From contig MNCI01001768.1 of the NCBI GenBank assembly GCA_015680685.1, forward strand, positions 352,974 through 416,973: a DNA stretch of 64,000 nucleotides, read 5' to 3'. The DNA is from Gnetum montanum (Eukaryota > Plantae > Gnetophyta). The notes beneath the pieces were generated by a model that saw nothing but the letters and a program-made list of their open reading frames with translations, was not told where the DNA came from and did not search any database. Made by a program: the position numbers and the translations under genes. This document shows, piece after piece, positions 11,735 to 24,682 of this stretch (its first letter is position 1; each line of letters opens with the position of its first letter).

Positions 11735-14700
11735 TTAGATGTAGTACTGCTTCAGATATAGATGATTCACTGGATTCATATGCTCGTTGCTGTCGATATC
11801 CGCTAACTTGAATGCTCCATTGCCGTATGCGCCAACAACCAGGAAAGGGCCTTTCCAGTTTGCAGAGAATTTGCCTACTGGTTCATAAATGGCCTTGAGA
11901 ACTAAGTCTCCTTTCTTGATCGGTCGTTGATGGAGATTGTTCCTATGCTTCTGTCTCTATTTGTCCTGATATCTTTCGATGGTGTTAAGCGTCTGGATGC
12001 GCTTCTCCTCCACTGAATCAAAATCCATGATCCTAGACTCATTACGTTGAGTATCATTTATAACCATGGAGAGAACCATTCGTAATAAGGGGATCTAAAA
12101 TTCCAAGGGCAACACTACTTTGGATCCATAGACTAGCCTATAGGGCATCCTGTCTATAGCTGTCCTGCACGTCATACGATACGCCCATAGCACATAGAAG
12201 ATTTTCTCATGCCATCGCTTTTTGTTGCTGCTAAGCATATTTTTCAACGAATTGATGATCACTTTGTTTGTTGCCTCTGCTTGACCATTTGCTTGAGGGT
12301 AATAGGGTGAAGAAAAAGATTGCTTGATACCAAGATTATCGCAAAAAGATTTGGTTTCTGTACTACTAAGTTGTGGCCCATTGTCAGCCACAATAGTCAT
12401 AGGGAGCCCAAACCTGGTTACTATGTTGTCTAAGATGAAATGACAAACCTGTTGGGATGTAATCTTCTATAGGGGAATATCCTTAACCCACTTCGTGAAA
12501 TACTCAGTGGCAGTGATAATGAAGCTATGTCCTATGGAAGATTTGGGCATGATGGGACCTATGATATCCAGTCCCCATCGTTGGAATGGCCAAGTAATCT
12601 ATGTAGTGTGTAACTTGGTTGGTGACACATGTATTAACTTTGCGTAGCACTGGCACGTGTCACATGTCTTAACCTTAGTGAGGCAGTCTTTTTTCATATA
12701 CTGTCAATACTACCCTAGGCGTCTAATTTTAGCAGCCATAGCTCGTGGGGCTACGTGTCCTCCACGCAGCCCCTTGTGGACTTCGCTAACTATTCATTGT
12801 GCTTGGTCATTATTAATGCAAGTTAGCAATACCCCATTGAAAGAGTGTCTATAGAGAGTATTGTCTCCGATGATGACGTATTGCCTGACACGCTTGCGTA
12901 CTGCATCTTTTTATGTATGTGTTAGCTCGTGCGATGGTTCACCATGCAAAAGGTAAGTCTTAATATTGTCGTACCATTCTGGCGTTCCTCCCATGTTTAA
13001 CGAAGAGATTTACGCTACTTGAATGATAGGGTCTGTACATTTCATCATTAAAGTAGGCCAAGTGGCAAAAAAATGTGGTGGCACATTTAATGCCAGTGTA
13101 GCTAGTGCATTGGCTACGGTGTTTTTGTAATGTGGCACGTGTTGGACATTAGTTGTCATAAATTGCTTTAGGAGATGTTTAGCCATATCGTAGTAGGACT
13201 ACAAATGCATAGCTTTGCAGGCATAAAATCCTGTGATTTGATTGATAATGAGAATTGAATTGCCTCGGATTGCCAAGTGTTGAACATTGAGTTCTCTGGC
13301 TATCAACAATCCCCTGAGGAGTCCCTCAAACTCTGCCACATTATTCGTACACGGGAAAGCTAGGCGGTAAGCTAATGGACGAACATCCTTAGGGGAAAGC
13401 ATAATAACAATGGCAGCACTACTGCCTCTGGTAGTCGAAGCTCCGTAGAAGTATAGCGTCGCTTCGAGGCTTGTTGATACAGGGCTTAAACTATGTACAT
13501 GATCTTCCAAGAATTCTGGCTCTATCATAGCTTGATCGTTAATAGGCGATATTGCTAGCTGGTCAGCTATAGCTTGACCTTTAGTGGATGATTGGCCAAC
13601 ATAATGTAAATCAAATTCAACTGTGATAGCTTTCCAGTGAGCTATCCTACTACTCTCATAGAAGTTATTTGAAATAGCTCGTAGAACATTATTTTTGCAA
13701 ATTATGTTGACCTGGCTACGGAAAAGATAGTGTCTACATTTCTTAAGTGTAAAAACCAATGCCAAATAGTTAAGCTCCACTTCATTGTACCTTGTTTCGT
13801 ATGCAAATAGAGCATGACTTAGATAATAGATAGGGGCTTTTGACCCGTCATTCCTTTTTTGACAAAGTAACACAACTATAGACACATCTAAGTTTGCATG
13901 ATAAATGGAAAAAGGCTAATCCCTTTGTGGCGGGAAAACCATTGGCAAGTATTGCAACTCTTTCTTCAAGTTATCAAATGCACACTGGCAGTCATCGGTC
14001 CATTCAAAATTAACGCCCTTCTTAAGGAGATGTTGCATAAGATGTAATTTATCTGTTAATTTCAAAATGAACTACCTGATAAATTGTAGTCTACCTTGCA
14101 ACCCACGTAGTTCCTTGAGGTTTGTAGGTAACGTTATATCAACAATGGCTTTAACCTTGTTGGGGTCGACTTGGATGCTAGTATCTGATACCACAAACCC
14201 CAACATGCATTCGGTTTTGACTCCGAATACACATTTCTTTGGGTTGTGCCTTAAGTCATGCTTGAGACATCATTTAAGGACTAACTCTAGGTCTTCTGAA
14301 TGATCCTCCAACTTTATAGACTTGACAGCTATGTCATCTACATAGTCGTTTAATCTCCCTAAGAGGTAATCACTAAAGATGTATGTTATGGCTCGTTGAT
14401 ACATTGCTCCAGCATTTTTTAGTCCAAAGAGCATCATAGTGTAACAAAAAGTCCCCCAGGGCATCATGAATGTTGTGGTCAATTGATGCTCCAGGTTAAT
14501 ACGAATCTAATTATAACCTAAAAAACCATCCATAAAGGATAGAAGCGTGTGACGAACTGTTGTGTCGATCAATTGATCGATACTCGGTAACGGGAAATTG
14601 TCCTTAATCGTGGCTTTGTTTAGATCCCAAAAGTCTATGCAGATGCATATTCCTTCCATTTTCTTAGAGACCACTACGATGTTGAACACCCAGTCTGAGT

Positions 14701-15203
14701 AATCGAATGCACGGATGAAACCAGCCTGATACAACTATGGTAATTTCATTATGCACTACTAGCATGATTTTTGGCTTAATCTTTCATGCCTTCTATCTAA
14801 CTTCTTTGATGCGTGGGTCTAAAACTATGTTATGCTATATTAATCTTAGGTCTAATCCCGACATGTTTTCGTACAACCATGCAAATATAGTAGCATTGTT
14901 TTGGAGCACTGGCATTATGCCACTCTATGTCTGTTGATCCAGGAGGGAACTGACCCTAAGAGTTTTACTTTCACCTTTGTACGTAACCACAGGGATCTTG
15001 TTGAGAGGGTCCTCCGTCACATCACCAGCCTCCAGGTCTAGAGTTTGGGCTAGATGTTCTAGCTAGTCTAAGGATATTTTCGATGTTGCTATGGTTGCAT
15101 CACAAAGGGAAGGTTCTATTCCTATTAGCATGTGATTGAGCTATCTAATGGTTTCCCCATATGGGCCTGCTAAGGCCAGGGGCGCGAATAAAGCTGCGTT
15201 CAT
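11735..15203 (-). pseudogene. pol: pol of B: RT-RH-aRH-INT, degraded
   Basis: Motifs FGLKNAGAMYQ, DYVDD, YFYGAS..TNNVAEFEGL, YYPQANGQAEATNK and NWKGPF. Confidence 0.93.
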
Positions 15204-15802
15204 TTGCAAATTTCCCTGCAAAACCGTCAAAAATGGAAGTTGTTACATTATTTTTTGCCTTGCTGTTGAAACAATAAAAGTTTACTTTCGTTGCGTTAGA
15301 GTTGCGTATTAGAAAAGCTTCCAGTTTAGGGTCTTAGTGGACCATTACACATAAGCATAATCTGTGAGAAGATGGTGACCCAGGATTCCTAGATGTTAGT
15401 GTGTGACTTCTGTAGAGTAAGATGAAATATGTAACGTGGTGTGTCTAGCGTACTGGAGTAAGGAATTTAAATTTTTGTACAGACCGTAGTTAATGTTGGC
15501 TAGATTACAAGGTGATAAGCTATGGATTAGTTTAGGGTCATTTCGGATCGTAGTTCATACGATATCTACGAAATTAATGCCCTGATCTTCGCGTTTCATG
15601 TCATACTGACACTGGCGTTTCGGGAAATTTCTGCATTGATTAGGCATAAAAATCGGTTAGCTTCAAGCATTTCATTTATAAACTAGCAGTTCATGATCAA
15701 AACAGGCCATAGATATTGCAAATTTGAATCTAGCTACAGTAGAAAGGGAGCAGAAGCAACACGTAAATAGATGATTTCATGAAGATTTGGTCAATTGCAG
15801 CT

Positions 15803-18800
15803 ATGGCACCAAAGGTCAGAGGAAAGAATGCCAAATTGGGAAGGATTGACAAAGTGTAGAAGAGTTTGCAACGAGCTTCGTAGGCTAGAGTTGAGACTCG
15901 GGAGGTTACTCCACTTAACCGGTAAGTCGCCTTTCATCCTCTTGCACTATTGTTATTTTTGTTACAGCATCATAGTCGTATTTATTTTGAATGTGTATGT
16001 TACGTTAGGTGTTAATATCTATTTATGTGGACTAAGCTATTGTAGTTTGTTACATTACCTTTGTCTTCGCTATTGGAGACAGACCTTGTGTTATCACAAG
16101 GGTTTAGGTAACGTTGAGCAATACTGTGCAAATGTAGTGTATAATTGAAAAGTCTAGGCATTGTACCTATGTGTAGCATAATTAGGGCTTTTCTTTTCTT
16201 TTCTTTTCTCACCCTTAATAGTTGCATATTACGCTAGAGTAATACGTAGTTGGTTATGCGTCTCTAGTATGATCTGTAATATTCTGGGAATCAAGAGAAC
16301 CCTAATGTCACGTGATAAATTTCTATGTCTAAATGGTTTGTCTAATGGTAATGTGTTTTTTTTATTGTACAGTATTATGCTAAAGCCCGTCCTAATCATT
16401 TTGGACATCATGGGCATTCTATGCTATTCACATGTTCCCGTAACCAATGTTCCTCCTCCTCATGCTCGTATAAAGGAGGAGGTGGTATGGTTCCAAAGGG
16501 GTGCATGGGAGTTCTTGTAGTTTTTGCTTTGTAATTTTAGTGTAATCATCTAGTCACATCTACCAGGCGATGTAGCTGTTGCTATTTTAGAGACACTACT
16601 GGTTGGTTCGACGTAGAGCATCTTGACGTTCTTGACAGATGGCATGATTGAAACTCTGCAGATGCAAGACCGTGAATAGAGCGCCAAAGGTTTAAGGCAT
16701 TTGAGCTGGATCTGGGAGATGCCCAGGTTTAACTGTTATCATGCCTACAACACTCTGTTCTTGGCCTATCATCTCACAACCTACTTCCAGAATCCACTTG
16801 GCACCGTGTATTATGCAGGCAGGTAAGTTTTTTGTTTCTTTTCGCGATGTCACAGTATGCTAAATACTGTTTAAATTTGTGTTGAGTGTAAAGAATTTTC
16901 CTATCTTCTGTTGTGTATATTTTTCATCAATGACAGTGGTCTCTTGGGTGATAACGATACATTTTCATTGACTGAAAGGGCTATAAGGGAATTTACTTCC
17001 ATGAGCAATGTGCGGGCTGGTGTCATGGGACAACTGGCATTCAAAATCCCAGAATACCCTACCCACTATGCTGACTTCTTTTCTAGCTATAGAAAACTTG
17101 GATGGTTAGATAGGGAATGGACTTTGGATCCTCCCGTCACCGTCGCAGACGTGCAAAGGAAAATCCATCTGTTTCCTTTGCCATTCGGGCCTAGTAAACT
17201 TTATTATGATGATCAATTGTATTAACGTTATTAGCTGGAAATGATGTATGAAGTTGTCTCATTTTTTTTTATATTACCTTAACTATCATTTAATGTTGGT
17301 AGTCAGGGAATCATGGAAAATCATGATTATGGCCTCTAATCATGAGGCAAACAGTCTCTTCTTCTGTTACGGTAACATAAAGGAAACATAAGGCTAGCTT
17401 GGCCATAGAGTGGCCCCAGCTGTGTTAACCAATAACCTTCGGGAGGCTAGACTGATGGACCTATTTTTGGCTATAACCCCCGATGTCACTGTAGGTGAAA
17501 TGTTGACCCTAGTCAACTCCTTCAGCGAAGAAGTTGAGCGTCTCTGCATACACGTGCATAATGTGCATGTGAATTTTGACATCAACACTCAACTATTCAC
17601 TGATCTCTTTGGGGTCCCCTTTGATGGCTTTCCTATAGAGGAAAAGTCGAAGAGGAGTTCCAAGTACCAGCAAGAGATAGAGGAGTGGCTAGGGGTTAAA
17701 AAAGAAATTAAGGAAATTCCTGCTGACAAGATCGAGTTGGAGGTGGACAACACTATTTACCCCATTTTTCGAGCTTGGGCCTTCCCCAAGATACTCTCCC
17801 AAGGGAGATTCCTTACCATAGAGCAGGCCCGAATTATGCGAGAGGTCATGGAGGAGGGGATGTGGTTCAATTGGGCCAGCTATTTTGCTGAAGATCTACG
17901 CATTGAAATGGTCAAGCTTCGTCAAAAGCTTGAGTCCCATTTCAATGTGCATTTTGCCTTCTTCATAGCTTACTTCTAGCATTTTGCTAAATTTTTTGTA
18001 GTCCAAAGGAATGGGGTTTGGATGCAGCAAGACTACAGCTAGATTTCTAAACTGTGGATTTCCCATGTTTTCGGCACTATTTAGTCGCAAGACCCTCCTG
18101 AAGGAATCGAGGAGTCATTGTCAGTAACGACTAATCATTACTGATGGCGCCTCGAATGAAGGGTCAAGATAGCATGGGTGGGGTGCTTTCCTCCTACACT
18201 AGCGATGTGTCGAGGGGGAAGCACTTGGCGGCTACAATAGTGAATTCATTGGTGCAATGAAAGAAGCCTTGTTTGACCAAGGAGCCTGTCGAGCCAGCAG
18301 GTGGTGTGGGGCAGAAGATGTAGGTCAGATTTCAGAGGAGTAATCCTCCAGCCGGTAAGTAGAGAAATGTGCTAATGGTTATGGTTATGTTGTGTATAGA
18401 TGTTGTTACGTTATGTAATGTTTATGGAGCAAGAGTGAAATCCTAGATTAACTGACGATGTTGTGTGACAGCGAAGGAGAAGGTTGTGGAGCGTTTAACC
18501 CCTGAAAAAGGGGCTATAGTTTTGTGGCGCGAAGAAGGGGCCCAGACCTTGGAAGAAGAGGCTCAAGTCAATAACACAAGCAACGTGTAGGTTCCTGCAT
18601 GTGAAAAGAAAGTAGTAGTGGAGGATGCTGAAGTCCTTTCAGCTAGGACAGGAAGAGGTAAGTGATTTGTCACTTTATGAGGTTAACTTTTATAGCCTAC
18701 TAGACTCTAGACAACTGTTTCTAGAGGTTATATTGGTCATTGTAATGTCTCAGCTATGTCTTTATATGGGATTTATTCTGCGTAATAGGTGACCAGGGCG

Positions 18801-20156
18801 TACACTTGTCAACAGTGACGACTCGATCTTGGGGTGAATTTCCTGATAAATTCGTCTTTATGGAAGGCGTCGTCCACGATATGATTGGTCGCTTAGAGTG
18901 AATCGATCCTAAAGCTGGTATGTTACAATCATTATGCAGGAGTTATTTCATTATGGCATTACGTTGTCTAATTACACCTAACCACCATTTTACTTTATTA
19001 GGAGCTCACCTCAGATGGGATCCATCAGAGCCTATTGATTTAGACACCACCAAACCTCCATTAGAAGTGACCATTATGCCATGCAACATTTACGATGAGA
19101 TGCGTAAATGTGTCGTATTCTCGACTTTCTCCTTATGGGAATGTCAAAGCATGAATGAAGACATTTGGAAGAGACTACAAAGGTTAGAGAAGGAGAAGGT
19201 GGCTCTAACTGATGAGGTTGGGGATTTAAGGTCATGGAACGAATTCCTGCAGGCCCAGGGAATAGGCAGTGAGGACTGGAGGACAGCTATTATTGACTAT
19301 GCCCGTTATTGGATGATCATCAAGAAGAGTGTCCAGACTAGTCGTGAACTAGTTGAGCAGCGGATGCAGATGGATCTCCTAGCTCAAAAAAATCAAGACT
19401 GGAAGGACATTAGCGCGAGTGTGTAAGAATGGGGGCAGACGCAGAAAGACCATAAACATGTCTATAAGCGGGAATGCCCTAACTATCGTCAACATTACAG
19501 GGACTCTGTCGTCGAGGCTCAGTTCCTTCAGCTATTCCACAACGTCATTGGTGCTTCCAGCGCATTTGAAAAGTTTTAGGAGCAAGTAACAGTAAGTGCC
19601 TCCCCAGAAAGGGAAATGACTCTTCTTGGGGGGGAGACAACCATCCCTTCCTTATTCCTTGAACCATCCTGATGGACTCCTGTGGAGAAGGGGAAGGTCA
19701 AGGCTAGAGCTAATCTAGGAGATGGGGTTTGGTCTGAGCTTACCGAGGAAGAAATTATGCAATGTCTATGGGTTGGCCTAGAACAAATCCCTTTTGCTAC
19801 CGATGCAGGACCATCATAGGTAAGTTCTAATATTATTGTGCTTTTTTCATACCTAGTTTTGATGGCGATGTCAATATGCGTGTTATATCTAATTGCAGGA
19901 ATGACCCGAGGAGGTTCCTCAGTGGGATGAACATAATGAGGATGATAGTCCTCACGAGGAGGGTCTACAAGAAATAGAGCGTAATGGTGATGATCAGTGC
20001 CGTCGCGAACAACCCTGTGCAGAAGAGCCTCGTAGAGAGGGCCTCCTTCATGAAGAGATACCACACAAAAAAGGTGGCCCCTATGAGGATGATTTGCTCG
20101 AAGTAGACGTGGAGCTGGGAGATACGGGTGACAGTGGGGACAAAGGTGATGCATAA
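15803..20156 (+). pseudogene. Antisense multi-exon accessory gene of B (FCP1-like + PMD/Transposase_32-like + coiled coil)
   Basis: Approximate exons: 15803-15921, 16373-16822, 16919-~17220, ~17310-18355, ~18472-18657, ~18790-18917, ~19002-19820 and ~19899-20156. Most junctions are GT/AG, and the exons are homologous to those in A and C. Confidence 0.82.
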
Positions 20157-20436
20157 CGTGGCTATATTAGCCATGGTTTTATTGTGATGGAATGAAACAA
20201 AAGACAATATTTTCCTTTAACATATTTTAATGCAAATTTTGTCTCGAGTTTAATGTTCTTTTGTTGTTTTCATTTGTAAAGCATAAATGGAATCATAGGT
20301 TTTGGCACTATGACAAGCCATAGCTAGCTTAAGCGTGCAGCGTAAATGTAGTTACTAGTTTAATGTCGTTGCAGGCTGCTAAATGATTCAAATGTAAAGC
20401 ATAAAATGATTCAAATGTAAAGCGTAAATGAAATAA

Positions 20437-20610
20437 TTAGTTTAAGGCCATTCTGGGCCTTTGATAGTTTTAGACCATTCCGAGCCTTTGATAGTTTTAG
20501 GCAATTCCAGGCCTTTGATAGTTTTAGGCCATTTCGGGCCTTGATAGTTTTAGGCCATTTCGGGCCCTTGATAGTTTTAAGCCATTCCAAGCCTTTGATA
20601 GTTTTAGATA
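20437..20610. repeat. Tandem array, about 27 bp unit gatagttttaggccattycgggccttt (B, between protease end and accessory gene end)
   Basis: About 6.5 clear copies. Confidence 0.9.
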
Positions 20611-20792
20611 AGCGAAAGAGTAACAAAGACAGCTGGTGGAACTGTAAAGATAAGCATAAGCGTAATGAGCATAGTTGGTGGGACCATAAATATATATGCA
20701 TAAATGAAATGAGTATTTGTACAACATAAATGGGATAGGTGGTAGAAAAGTGCGCATAAACTGCATGAAATTTAGATGACGTGGTTCATTTG

Positions 20793-23700
20793 CTAACTCT
20801 GTAGTTGTTTCCTAACTGCTTTTATCTTTGGTAATGCATAAGGACGGGGAGATTTATGACCCTGTTCCCTCATGCCACAATCTTCCTCTTGGAATGGCAA
20901 TTTGGCCCAAATTAAACTATCACCAGCCACTATTTTGTCTTGTTCTGGTGTTTGGATGGGGGAATGGTCTTTAGGAATTTTGTTTTCCGAACCCTGTTTA
21001 GTTTCTATGTTGTTGACAGCTTAAGGGATCATTTCATCACCGTGGATGACCACCTCCCCTCCTGCATAGGGAAGATGAATCTCCTGATGGATAGGTGATG
21101 AAACTGCCCTCAGTTGAGCTAACCAAGACCTCCCTAGGATCAGGTTGAAGCCTAGAATTTCCTCAATGATAATAAATGTTACGTCTATGGGGAATTGGTC
21201 CCCTACCACAAATTTTATGTGCACTATCCCTTTGACTTGCACCCATGCCCCATTGAACAACTTTAGACACGACGTCATTGTAGGACTGATCTAATCGATC
21301 AGGCCTAGTTTATCCACTATGGGATATGGGATGACATTAGTGGTGGCTCTGTCATCTACATGTACTCTCCAGATTCGGTATTAGCCAACCTGGATGGTGA
21401 TGAACATGGACGCCATTGTCACCTGACCTTTTTCTAGGTCATCCTTAATGGATTCATCATGAAAGGTCAACAGCGAAGGCTCAAGTTTTTTAGCGACGAA
21501 GGAAAGCATGACAGAATGAATTTCTTTTTCATCTGCTAGCAGGTTCTCATCCACACGTATGGATGTTAGCATGCGAACCATGGCTTCGCGGTGCTTTTGG
21601 GATGTCATTAACAAGTCGTATAGGCTCAGCGTTGTATTTTTCTATTTAAGGGCTTGCTTGAGTTATGTAAAGGTGTCGAGGAGATCCCACCCACGATCTA
21701 ACTGCTTGCCACCTTTTTCCTCTTCCATTCACCCTAGGAGATGGATTTCTTGAGGAAGAATGGCATCTAGTTGAGAGCTATGTTTTTTTGGACTAGTAGG
21801 AGATGGTTGCGTTTGTACACTTTGGTCCTTTCCAGAAAGTGGGGCCAAGGGCACAAAAGCAAGGGGTTTAGGCTTGGGAAACCCTAGCGTAAGACGGTCC
21901 TTGACCGTATCAATCGTCATACCCTCTTCTTATTTTCTGTTAAGTTGGGATTGGGGGGTTGACTTGGAGGTTTGCCCCTGCACAGGAGGGGCAGCTAATG
22001 GCTTTGGCATCCTAATGATAAAGGGTGCCTTAGGCATAGGCATGGGCTGGGCCGTCGAGTTACTGATGGAAAGTTGTCAAGCAGTGGCCTGAGAAGGGGT
22101 TCGGAGAACAAAAGGTTGCCTTGGAGCACTCCTCATCGATGTTGATGGGCCCACTGTTTGGGGTGAATGAGCGGGCAGCCACAACACAAAAGGTTGTTTC
22201 GGCTGTGCCTGACCATTACCCTCTGCACCTACCACATTGATTGTGTACCCTATGTTATTTTCATTTAACGGGTCTTGGTACACATGCATGGCTTGGTTTT
22301 CTAGGTGTGCTGGACTACTGTTGTGTAAGATGAGATCACCATGATCGATCATGTGTTGAATATCATCCTTCAACTCCCAGCAATAATCTGTGTCGTGACC
22401 ACACAACTGGTGGTAATCACAGAAATGGTCCAGCTTGAAGTGTTTGGGGACTGGCGGTTCGTTAGGTAAAGCCAAAGAATGATTTTTAAGGAGCTCACAA
22501 TGGCATCTGTGACGTTTCAGAGCCTCCTCAGATACCTTCTTGTGTTGAATATAGCCAGTTCCCAGGAGCTACTTTAGAAGTTCTGAAGGCTTTATAGGCA
22601 GGACTGTGTACTTTGAATGATATTTACACTCAAATTTAGGCCCCGGCTATGGAGGTGCTTCAGGGGTAGAAGGAGCTTCTTGATTAGGTCTGTTTGAGCT
22701 AGTTTTCGGCTCAGCTGGCTCCACAGATGTTTTCTTCTTGTTGTTGTTTTTCTTCTTGGCCCCCTCGGCAACCACCGCTATTGTCGTTGTCGTAACTTTG
22801 CCTTTTTCTTTTCCCTTACTGTGGGCATTTTTTTAGACCACGTATGCTAGATATTTGCTAGCCTCTGCTACATCTTGGATGCTCTTAGTCTGAGCAAAGG
22901 CTTGGCTGAGGGAGCGAGGAGTGAGGTAGTACAAATTTGACTTAATGAAGTCGTTAACTACCCCCTTGAAAATGGCTAACAAATGAGCCTCCGCGATGGG
23001 GTCGCGAATTTCATTCAAGGTTGCACTCCAATGTTGTATAAACCTTTGGACCGACTCGAGCGGATCATGTTTGTCTCTCATAAGCTAGTATAACGTGACT
23101 TTAGGTTTCAGGTTGTATTTGAAATGCGTCACAAATTGAGTCAACAACTCTTCCAAGGTCGAAATGGAAGAGCATGGAAGTGCCTGATACCATTCTAAGG
23201 CTTTACCCGTTAGGGACATGGTAAAGACATGGATTATAGTGTGTGGCCATTGTTACAGTAGCAATGACTCTGATATGAAAGTAACAAAGTGAGCGTTGGG
23301 ATTACCTTCCCCATTGTATTTTGTAAAATGAGGAAGTGGCATCCCAGGCGGTAACGATAAAATAGGCACTACCAAATTAATAGGATCGTCATGGTAAAAA
23401 TCCATGACTTGTACTATGTTAGAACCAGCAGCCTTGAGGCATTTAACTTCCTCTGTAAGGGTCCAGATAAGCTGGAAGGCTTGATCCAGACCCATGGATG
23501 GAGAGTTTTTTTGTAGAATGGCAAGAGGAGCCACACTAGGTGGCGGAATAGGAACGGTCGTCATCGGCTGTACCATTGGATAAGCTGTTTGTGTGGCCAG
23601 GGGCACAAATGACCATCTTGTAACAGGGTTTAGCACCCGCAGGACCTGGCTTTGATTAAGGTGAGGATGGGACATCTACGTATGATGCGCAACAAGAGGC

Positions 23701-24425
23701 ACATTTGGAACCCACCATGCTATAGTGGTGGGCCCTGTCGTGTGAGTCAGGATGAAGGTGGGTGTTGTAGGTAATTGCAACATAGGTATCGCATGTACAT
23801 TAGGTAATTGCACCTGCTGAGGGATGATTTGTGATGGACCGTCGCCTAGAAAGATAGTCAGAGAGAGAAAATGTAGGTGCAGCAAGTGCAGGACTTGATT
23901 AGTATTAGATAATGTCAAAGGCGTGGTAACCATGAATAATGGATTTACGCGGGATGTCGTGGAAGGAGGGGCCATGGCGAAATCAGCATGACCGCCTCCT
24001 TCAGAGTGGGAGTCTAGATCATCTTACCCATCATGAAGCGTTTCATCATAGAACAACTCCTCTAGTTGTTCTGGCGATGTCTTTGCCATCAACATTTGAT
24101 CTAGGATCCACTTTTGTTGATCTGTCAGGGGTATAGTGGTGTTGTGTGAAGGAATAAATTCCTTCCCATTGTAGTACATGAACTTGTATTCTCGTTTTTC
24201 TTTGAGTTCTTGTGGATACATAGGTAGGTTCACTTCTAGTTTAGCACAGAGGAAATTGTAGTGTTCCCTGCGCTGAGTGTGTCCCTCAGGCTCTTTGTTT
24301 TGAAGCCTGAGGGAATGGTGTGGTCACACCGAACTAGTTGGTGGTTCAACCACAAGAGGCGTAACTTGCATGGTCCAAGGATTCTCGAGGTTGGCAATGT
24401 CAATAGTGGTGGTTGATGTAGCCAT
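20793..24425 (-). pseudogene. gag: gag-protease of B
   Basis: FTKYNGEGNPNAH (retrotransposon gag), CDYHQLCGHDTDYC knuckle, VHVDDRATTN protease, FNLILGRSWL; the frame ends RKQLQS*. Confidence 0.88.
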
Positions 24426-24659
24426 TCTTTACACATTTTGGAAGTAATGATGACAAGGAAAAAGGTCACAAGGGAAAAAGGCAAACTAAGGTAATAATCG
24501 AGGCTTTCTATCTTATAGGATTCCAAGGGAATCGTCGAAGCGACCGATCTGCACTGCACAATCTAGTAAACAACCGCGGAGGTATTACGTTTACGTCGAT
24601 CGACAATGGGTACATACAGCTTACAAGACTACCCGTAAAGTGTGGATCGGCTATGAAGG

Positions 24660-24676
24660 CCCTCCTTCTAGCACTA
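24660..24676 (-). promoter_or_regulatory. PBS of B (tRNA-Asn type)
   Basis: Plus strand ccctccttctagcacta, adjacent to the LTR. Confidence 0.8.
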
Positions 24677-24682
24677 GAAAAT

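Noticed and set aside
15803-20156. Interpretation as an ordinary host gene interrupted by transposons
   Set aside because: Three diverged copies occupy the same position and relative orientation inside LTR-bounded elements, so the gene travels with the element.
20411-20766. ORFs with ARNGLKLS repeats
   Set aside because: Artefacts of the 27-bp tandem array.
24660-24676. tRNA-Asn-like sequence
   Set aside because: Only the 3'-terminal ~17 nt match, next to an LTR; it is a PBS, not a tRNA gene.
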